58,939 bases of DNA from an uncultured archaeon (GTDB taxonomy: Archaea > Aenigmatarchaeota > Aenigmatarchaeia > QMZP01 > JACQNV01), in assembly GCA_964476045.1 (NCBI GenBank), contig CAYYYJ010000002.1:1-58939 (forward strand), read 5' to 3'. The stretch's first letter is position 1, and the number at the start of each line of letters is the position of its first letter. Both the position numbers and the translations under genes were made by a program. The notes below the pieces were generated by a model. It worked only from the letters and a program-made list of their open reading frames with translations. It had not been told where the DNA came from and searched no databases. Of this stretch, positions 52,856 through 58,939 are shown in pieces.

Positions 52856-54112
52856 TTATTTCTGTTTTCCCAAGAGAAACTTGAAAGCAGGCACCACTGA
52901 AATAGTTTTCCCGTCAAACCGCCTCTCGCCCGTCTTTTCATAAGAAACTATAATACCTTTATCAACTTTAAATCTATCCATAAATACCGAAAGCCCTTGG
53001 AAATCAGTTTTCCCATATTTGATTTCTATAGGGACGATTTTCCCATCTGCAAGCACCGCGTCAACCTCATTTTTATAAGGATCTCTCCAGAAAAATCCTG
53101 CATTTAGCTGATTCACAATCACGCATTCAAAAACTTTTGATCTCGAAAGATCGTCCCCTCTAAATACCATGTCAGGAGAGATAACTGTGGGATAATATTT
53201 CTTAAGTTTTCTTTCTGTTTTTCTCCTATTACCTGAGAAATTGTAAAGCTTTTTTATAAGGAAAGACTGTTCAAGATAAGAAAGATATTTTGAAAGCGTC
53301 TGCCTGGAAATGTGGAAATCGTTTCCAAGGCTTGACAAGTCAATCAACTGACCAGGCTCTTCCATGAAAATATTCAGAATAGATTCTATAACTGCGGGAT
53401 CGCTGACCTTGAAAAGCTTTGGTATGTCTTTGTACACAACTTTGTCTATTATGCTTTCTTTCACGTATTTTTTAATTATTTCCTTATCCCGGATTCCTAC
53501 AAGCTCAGGAAAACCAAGAGTATACAGAAATTCCTCGAACATCCTGAGCAGCTCTTTTTCGTATATATCTATTGGCCTAAACTCAACATTTTTAAAGACG
53601 AGGAATTCGCTGAAAGAAAGAGGTTCGACCTTAAATTCAAATATTCTCCCACCGAGCGTTTCTTTCGACTTGTTTTTTATGAAAAGGGATTCTGATCCAG
53701 AAATAACCACTTTCACATTACTAAACGCATCATAAACAGATTTTAATTTATCTTCCCATGAAGACAACTTTTGAATCTCGTCAAGGAGCAGCATGAATTT
53801 CCCTTTTCGAATATCCTTTCCAAAAAGCTGCTCATACTCTTTTATAACATCAGTTATTCCAATATCCTTGAATTCGTCAAAAGGGAAATAGATTATATCC
53901 TTTGGATCCAGACCAGCTTTAATCGCATCTTCAGCTAGTTTTAACATGATGGTCGTTTTCCCAACCCTTCTCAGGCCTGTCAGAGCTATTATCTGTTTAA
54001 GACCCATGAACTTCTGCAGTTTCTTATGAATCTCCCTCTCCTTGAATTCCAGTTTAAACAATTCTCTCCACCAAATATTCCTCTCGACGAGGATATCTCT
54101 AATTTGTGTCAT
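52856..54112 (-). CDS. AAA+ ATPase of the COG1373/DUF4143 type
   Basis: LTGLRRVGKTT Walker A, LLLDEIQ Walker B, C-terminal DUF4143-like region. Confidence 0.8.
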   Translation of the reverse strand: MTQIRDILVERNIWWRELFKLEFKEREIHKKLQKFMGLKQIIALTGLRRVGKTTIMLKLAEDAIKAGLDPKDIIYFPFDEFKDIGITDVIKEYEQLFGKDIRKGKFMLLLDEIQKLSSWEDKLKSVYDAFSNVKVVISGSESLFIKNKSKETLGGRIFEFKVEPLSFSEFLVFKNVEFRPIDIYEKELLRMFEEFLYTLGFPELVGIRDKEIIKKYVKESIIDKVVYKDIPKLFKVSDPAVIESILNIFMEEPGQLIDLSSLGNDFHISRQTLSKYLSYLEQSFLIKKLYNFSGNRRKTERKLKKYYPTVISPDMVFRGDDLSRSKVFECVIVNQLNAGFFWRDPYKNEVDAVLADGKIVPIEIKYGKTDFQGLSVFMDRFKVDKGIIVSYEKTGERRFDGKTISVVPAFKFLLGKQK

Positions 54113-54405
54113 ATACAGTTAACCTATAATCGATTCTATGTTAATTATATATAACACGGTATTTATAAGCTTTGGGTTCAGTCCAAGCGTTTCTAATTGC
54201 CGCCGCAAAGATAGCTGTCTGGATTTTCTAGGGCAAAAACTTGTTTCCTATGATCTTTTCAACTTTTTCTTTTCTTCCGCATATTTGAAGTGACTTGCCA
54301 GCGTTTTCATGACTTCCAAAAATTGTACTTCTTCTCCAAGCAGTGGTGCGACATCACTATGATAAGCTGGCGAAGACCCAATTTTTTTCTGCTCCAATAT
54401 ACACC

Positions 54406-54945
54406 TCACTGACTTATCAGCTCATCTATCCTGTTTACAAAATCAGAGGCGTCTTTGCGTATTTCCTCAGCCTCTTCCCTAGTCAAAGATATGTCAACAA
54501 AGTATTGCGCCATTATCCTTCTCCTTTTAGCTGCCCTTATTTTTGAGACATATAGTTCCTCAAGGTTTCTTGCTCTTTTCAGGCTATCCATATACTTTTC
54601 TTCAAGCTCCCCTTTATGCACAAAGTTATGCCATAAGGCAAGTATTGTTGCTTTATGACTATCACTTTTAATTTCAATGCTAGCCAAAGCCGCCATGGCA
54701 GCATGGTACATTGAATAGTAAGATATGACAATAACCCAATCATAGCCTTCATATGCTTCGCTTATTTTCAGAAGTTTCTTTGCATCCCTTTCCTCTGAAA
54801 GGTTCCATAGAGCTGCAGCTGTCTCGAGATTGTGCCTGGCTTTATACATGAAATTTCCTGTAAGCCGTTTTATGCCCCCTGTTTTTGTCAATAAGCCTTT
54901 TCTCTCAAATTTTCTTATTTGGGCCTCTGCTTTTCTTATATCCAT
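54406..54945 (-). CDS. HEPN-domain protein
   Basis: 179-aa helical protein starting 1 nt after the upstream MNT gene. Confidence 0.6.
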   Translation of the reverse strand: MDIRKAEAQIRKFERKGLLTKTGGIKRLTGNFMYKARHNLETAAALWNLSEERDAKKLLKISEAYEGYDWVIVISYYSMYHAAMAALASIEIKSDSHKATILALWHNFVHKGELEEKYMDSLKRARNLEELYVSKIRAAKRRRIMAQYFVDISLTREEAEEIRKDASDFVNRIDELISQ

Positions 54946-54946
54946 T

Positions 54947-55555
54947 TCAGACCTCGCTTAACAATTCCCAGAAATGCTCAAAGCCGTGCAGTATTATTTT
55001 GTCTATAATGGCTTCTCTCACCACGTTCTGGTCTTTTGAGCCTGCCATTTTTTTAAACATTTCCTGATCAACAATCACAGGGTTTATTGCCTTTCCGTAC
55101 CTTGTTTCAAGTGTATTTAATTCTTCATGGACTGCCTCATCTTCCTTTTTCGACATTATAATCAGCAGATCAATGTCGCTTGCCTTTTTTTCCCTGCCTT
55201 TTGCATAGCTCCCGAACAGGACTATGGAATAAAGTGTTTTTGTTTTTTGTCCGAGCCTCTGGACAGCCTCTTCAAGCATTTTGGACAAAACCTTGTTTTT
55301 TGACAGGAATGCGTCTGTCTTTTTTTGGGAAGCAAGGGAGAGCAGAAGCCTGGCTTTCCTGTTTTCAATGTTTATCGAACAGATTGTAGACCTTCCAACT
55401 TTTTTGCTTATCAAGACATTTTCTTGTATCATCTTCTGGACATTTTTATAGAGGTAGCTGTATGTCAGCCCAAGATTTCTAGCCATCTCATTCATTGAGA
55501 TCCCCTTTTCATGGTCCTTTTCATATACCCCTATTATTTTCAGTTCAGTCTCCAT
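54947..55555 (-). CDS. wHTH + minimal nucleotidyltransferase (MNT) protein
   Basis: LFGSYAKGREKKASDIDLLII NTase motif; N-terminal wHTH. Confidence 0.75.
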   Translation of the reverse strand: METELKIIGVYEKDHEKGISMNEMARNLGLTYSYLYKNVQKMIQENVLISKKVGRSTICSINIENRKARLLLSLASQKKTDAFLSKNKVLSKMLEEAVQRLGQKTKTLYSIVLFGSYAKGREKKASDIDLLIIMSKKEDEAVHEELNTLETRYGKAINPVIVDQEMFKKMAGSKDQNVVREAIIDKIILHGFEHFWELLSEV

Positions 55556-55565
55556 AATCTCACCT

Positions 55566-55581
55566 GAGATAACATTATCTC
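55566..55581. promoter_or_regulatory. inverted repeat GAGATAACATTATCTC, candidate operator of the MNT/HEPN operon
   Basis: Perfect 7+7 palindrome 11 nt upstream of the MNT start, followed by a third half-site AGATAAT. Confidence 0.4.
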
Positions 55582-55844
55582 GTATAAGATAATGGAGAAT
55601 CTTGTATATATGCTTTCGGCATCTGCCAAATCTGCCGTTTAACTGATAGGCGGTTTTTTTGGCTAACTCAATGCGGTCTTGGGTTTTGTTTCCGTGGTTT
55701 GCGCTAAAATCTCTGTTATAATCCTTTTTATAATAAGGACCAAATTCTTTCTAACCCATAGGTGGGGTTTTTAGGTCTTGCAGGTAATCTATAAAAAACA
55801 GGGTAGCAAAAGCTATAGCTTTCTTGTCAGATCTTGTGATTATT

Positions 55845-56843
55845 ATGAACAGGCGTGTTGGTTTTATTGCGGTGGGTGCAGGGCTTGTTGGGGCCTATAT
55901 ATTGCCTGAAGCGCCAAGAGGTTATTTGCGGGCTTTGTTTGGCGGTTCGGGGGACGGCTATCCAACTGCGCAAATACCGGGGGAAGGTTCTGGGAATGTT
56001 TTGAGGGTGGACGATGATGACTCGACTAGAGAATCTAAAGACTCATTAGACATTATTAGAGGCATTTCAGTAGCTCAGAATGACCAAGCTATTGACAGGC
56101 ATCTTTTAACTCTTTATAATAGAGATAGACACGTTTTTGACATTTTTTTTAGTTTACCTGTTTCAGTAACTGGTTATGATGTGAAAGATATAAATAGTAG
56201 ACTTCAACATCCAGCGAAAACCTTAGGTCTATTATTCGCAAGCGGTGTATACCCATTATCTGAATTTTTGCAGAGTCGTGATAAGAAAATGCTCGAATTG
56301 TTTAAATCTCGATCGGAGGCTGATCGGATTAAAAATAAACTAGGGGTGTTATGCGAACTTTATATGCAGAGAGAGCTTGGAAGACTTAACAGAAAAGAGG
56401 AATTGAGTAGAGACATAGAAAGAATGCAAGAGGCGCTAAAAGATATCGAAACCGTTCCGGAAGATCAACGAGATGCGGAAAAAATCGGCGAACTTAAGCT
56501 CTCTAACAGTATTTTATCCCGTTTACTAGTAACAGGCTTGCCTGATGATGTAAGCATACCTGAATATGTGAGAGCAGAGGGGACAAATTTTGGTTTATCT
56601 CCTTACGAAACAGGATTATTTTCCAAGTTTTTAGGAGTTTCAGAAGCTTTTGTAAAACAAGCTGATAAAAATAGGGGCGATGTATTCAATCCGGAATCAG
56701 AATTACCTAAGTTGGAAGATGGGGATAGAGAATTTTATCAGAACACAAGAGTTATATGGACAGGAGCCAGAAAAATTGGTGGGGGAATGGATCATGTCAA
56801 CAGACATGGACGGTTAGATGCAATGATTAAAGGACAAAATTAA
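55845..56843 (+). CDS. hypothetical protein with N-terminal TM helix
   Basis: ATG 55845 within ORF 55824..56843; FIAVGAGLVGAYIL helix. Confidence 0.45.
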   Translation: MNRRVGFIAVGAGLVGAYILPEAPRGYLRALFGGSGDGYPTAQIPGEGSGNVLRVDDDDSTRESKDSLDIIRGISVAQNDQAIDRHLLTLYNRDRHVFDIFFSLPVSVTGYDVKDINSRLQHPAKTLGLLFASGVYPLSEFLQSRDKKMLELFKSRSEADRIKNKLGVLCELYMQRELGRLNRKEELSRDIERMQEALKDIETVPEDQRDAEKIGELKLSNSILSRLLVTGLPDDVSIPEYVRAEGTNFGLSPYETGLFSKFLGVSEAFVKQADKNRGDVFNPESELPKLEDGDREFYQNTRVIWTGARKIGGGMDHVNRHGRLDAMIKGQN

Positions 56844-58939
56844 CGCTCTTTTCCAGGCCAGCTTGTTTTCACGTATTTTGCATGTAAAACTGCTATTGTA
56901 CAATCAGCTCCTGCGGATAAGATCCATCCAGCCGGACCAGAACCTAATTTAGTTGCCTTGAGACCAGAGCTAATACCAAATCCGGCTGTTGTTGCGGCTG
57001 CACTAAAATAACTGCTGTAATCTTCCTCATAGCAAAAATTATACCCATCGCCTTTGTTTTCGTGTTTGGATTTGTCAGATTTAACAATTATAGCAGGTAT
57101 TTTACAATTATTTGCAGACAGTTTGTCGACTTTGCCATCGTAATCGCTGTCTATATATACGACAGCACCCTCATTCGGAGAACTTACAAGACCAGAACCT
57201 CCTGTTCTTACATGCTGCAAATAATCTATAACACCATCACCCTCATTAATGTCGCTTTTCTTGCCTTCGTCTTTCATTGCAATTTTCACCCCCTCTGTTA
57301 GCGAGGCAAATCCAGAAACAGACGAGTAAGTATAGTCCAATTCCAGAGCAAAAAATCTCTTTAATTCAGATTTTTCATCTAAAACACCGTATAACCTAGA
57401 ATCCATTTTGAATTGAGTAGACGAACCTGTAGAGAACGTGACTGCTCCTCTTACCAAAGACACATCACACTGTAAGATATCTTTGTCATCTTGTTTTACT
57501 GTTCTGCAAGTAGGGCTATTTAGTTTAGGCTCTGTTATTCTTTCTGTTTTTTCCGGTACTGGCGACAACAATTTACCATTGTCTTTTGAAATCAAATCCA
57601 CCCTGTTTAATCCTTTATTATAATAATATCTAATTTTATTAATAGGATCATCTATCTCTATTCTATCTTTTACAGAATAGTCTGACAAAGTTTCCCCTAA
57701 AATAATTGTGCCTGGAAAGATTTTATATTTCCCTATATTTTTTATGATATCCAGTTCCGTATTTTTCATTTCTTCCGGTCTCGGACCATTATCGCTGAAA
57801 CTGAAAGGATACCAAGGTATGTCACTGCAAGTTACTCTGTTTTCAAATATACCTTTTTTATCTGCTTCGCATGTTGTGAATTTAGTAGACATGTCATAAT
57901 TGTAATTTTCACAACCAGTTTCACCCTTTTCTATGGTAAAGTCGGCTTTGCACGGAGATGCGGAATAAAACGGCTTATTCCCCGATCCCCATTGGGGTCT
58001 TTTAAGGATTATTGGCATGCTCACGCGTCCAGTTATGGGGCCTTCTATCTCAAGATTTTCTAATTGAAACGGTTTTCTTAAACCTTTACTATTCATCGAG
58101 TTTTGTACAACTAAAGAGTTTGGATGTTTATCCGTGAATTTGCCGAATTCGCTATCTAACCTTGCTAGAAAATATGATGTCCCAGTATCTGCACCAACAT
58201 AGCTCAAAAATCTTACTGTTCCAGCAGTTTTTGGATTAAGGATATATTTTGATATAAAATCGCCTATAGAAGCCTTTCCGGTGGCTTGAGTTACAATTTG
58301 CGGTATCTCTTCCGGTGGAAGTAACTTAGCCAGATTCACACTAGATATACCGCTATAATCCTTTTTGGCTACGTTGTCAAAAAGTTGTTTTATAGCATTC
58401 GTTTCTGCATTGTTTACAGGATCCCTGGTAGCCCTAAGGAAATAAGATGTAGAGCTGCCTCCATATTTTTCTATAATTGCCTTATTCATCAGAGCTGTTC
58501 CAGTTGCAGCTGCAACACCTCTCTCTCCACTTGCGGTTATTGCAGCAGCTAATCGTGCCTCTGTAGATGCTTGTTGACCTACTATCTTTTCTAAAGCAGT
58601 TATCCGTGCCTCTAAATTTTGTATCCTTCTATTTTGTAGATGGGTTTTCAGAGTTTCAAATGGAGCTATAATCGGTTTAAGAAGCTTTAATCCGTGACTC
58701 AGGCAAATTCCAGTAAACATAAGGTTGCCGAAATCTTTGTACCAGGCAGATTGGCCTGACCACGATTTTTCTTGACCTGCTGGAAAAACATTGGAATAAA
58801 CAACATACTTCGGATCCCCTGCAGCAGCAATCCAGTTGAAGTCTGTGGTTGCATCTACTGGACCCATCTTCAGGCCATACTCCTCAAACTCCTGCGGCAA
58901 ATTAAAGTTCTTGACGTCGCATGCCACTTCTGCTTTTGT
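56840..58939 (-). CDS. large hypothetical protein, 5' end probably outside the window
   Basis: Frame stays open to the window edge (TKAE precedes the GTG at 58927); coiled segment LQNRRIQNLEARITALEKIV; no family recognised. Confidence 0.5.
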   Translation of the reverse strand, partial: TKAEVACDVKNFNLPQEFEEYGLKMGPVDATTDFNWIAAAGDPKYVVYSNVFPAGQEKSWSGQSAWYKDFGNLMFTGICLSHGLKLLKPIIAPFETLKTHLQNRRIQNLEARITALEKIVGQQASTEARLAAAITASGERGVAAATGTALMNKAIIEKYGGSSTSYFLRATRDPVNNAETNAIKQLFDNVAKKDYSGISSVNLAKLLPPEEIPQIVTQATGKASIGDFISKYILNPKTAGTVRFLSYVGADTGTSYFLARLDSEFGKFTDKHPNSLVVQNSMNSKGLRKPFQLENLEIEGPITGRVSMPIILKRPQWGSGNKPFYSASPCKADFTIEKGETGCENYNYDMSTKFTTCEADKKGIFENRVTCSDIPWYPFSFSDNGPRPEEMKNTELDIIKNIGKYKIFPGTIILGETLSDYSVKDRIEIDDPINKIRYYYNKGLNRVDLISKDNGKLLSPVPEKTERITEPKLNSPTCRTVKQDDKDILQCDVSLVRGAVTFSTGSSTQFKMDSRLYGVLDEKSELKRFFALELDYTYSSVSGFASLTEGVKIAMKDEGKKSDINEGDGVIDYLQHVRTGGSGLVSSPNEGAVVYIDSDYDGKVDKLSANNCKIPAIIVKSDKSKHENKGDGYNFCYEEDYSSYFSAAATTAGFGISSGLKATKLGSGPAGWILSAGADCTIAVLHAKYVKTSWPGKER

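Overview
AT-rich archaeal chromosome segment. The lineage cannot be assigned from this window; the features fit a small-genome, uncultured archaeon. Archaeal housekeeping genes are clear: RFC small subunit, ThrRS with archaeal editing domain, pyruvate kinase, class-I CCA-adding enzyme, archaeal DnaG, TBP, RpoN, aIF2-beta, FtsZ, S15, a DGGGP-synthase-type UbiA, HtpX and TatD. Between them sit accessory modules: three PIN toxin pairs, a Doc toxin, two MNT/HEPN pairs flanking a COG1373 ATPase, a Fur/COG0523 metal module, a SWIM protein, and large secreted or membrane proteins of unknown function. There are five tRNA genes and four carry long introns: Ser-UGA, Asp-GUC, Ser-GGA with a variable-arm intron, and Lys-UUU with two introns including one in the T-loop. 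No rRNA genes or CRISPR arrays were seen. The main unexplained signal is non-coding. At least 8 copies of an imperfect-palindrome (hairpin) element share the flanks GGCTGGAAA...TTTCGTCCCTTTA and have covarying stems. Most copies lie just upstream of start codons (rpoN, PRC-barrel gene, S15, ftsZ, an AAA+ ATPase). One copy is nested inside another, and one sits in frame inside an acyl-CoA synthetase ORF. Sequence modules of the family recur inside the tRNA introns. A related 29-nt hairpin interrupts the uppS reading frame and may be a protein-gene mini-intron. Other observations: a duplicated tRNA-Lys 3' exon and flanks bracketing a ~7 kb accessory segment, a relic acyl-CoA-synthetase C-terminus marking a 2.1 kb cassette insertion, two homopolymer frameshifts, and an array of three hairpins with identical TTGGCG loops upstream of ftsZ.
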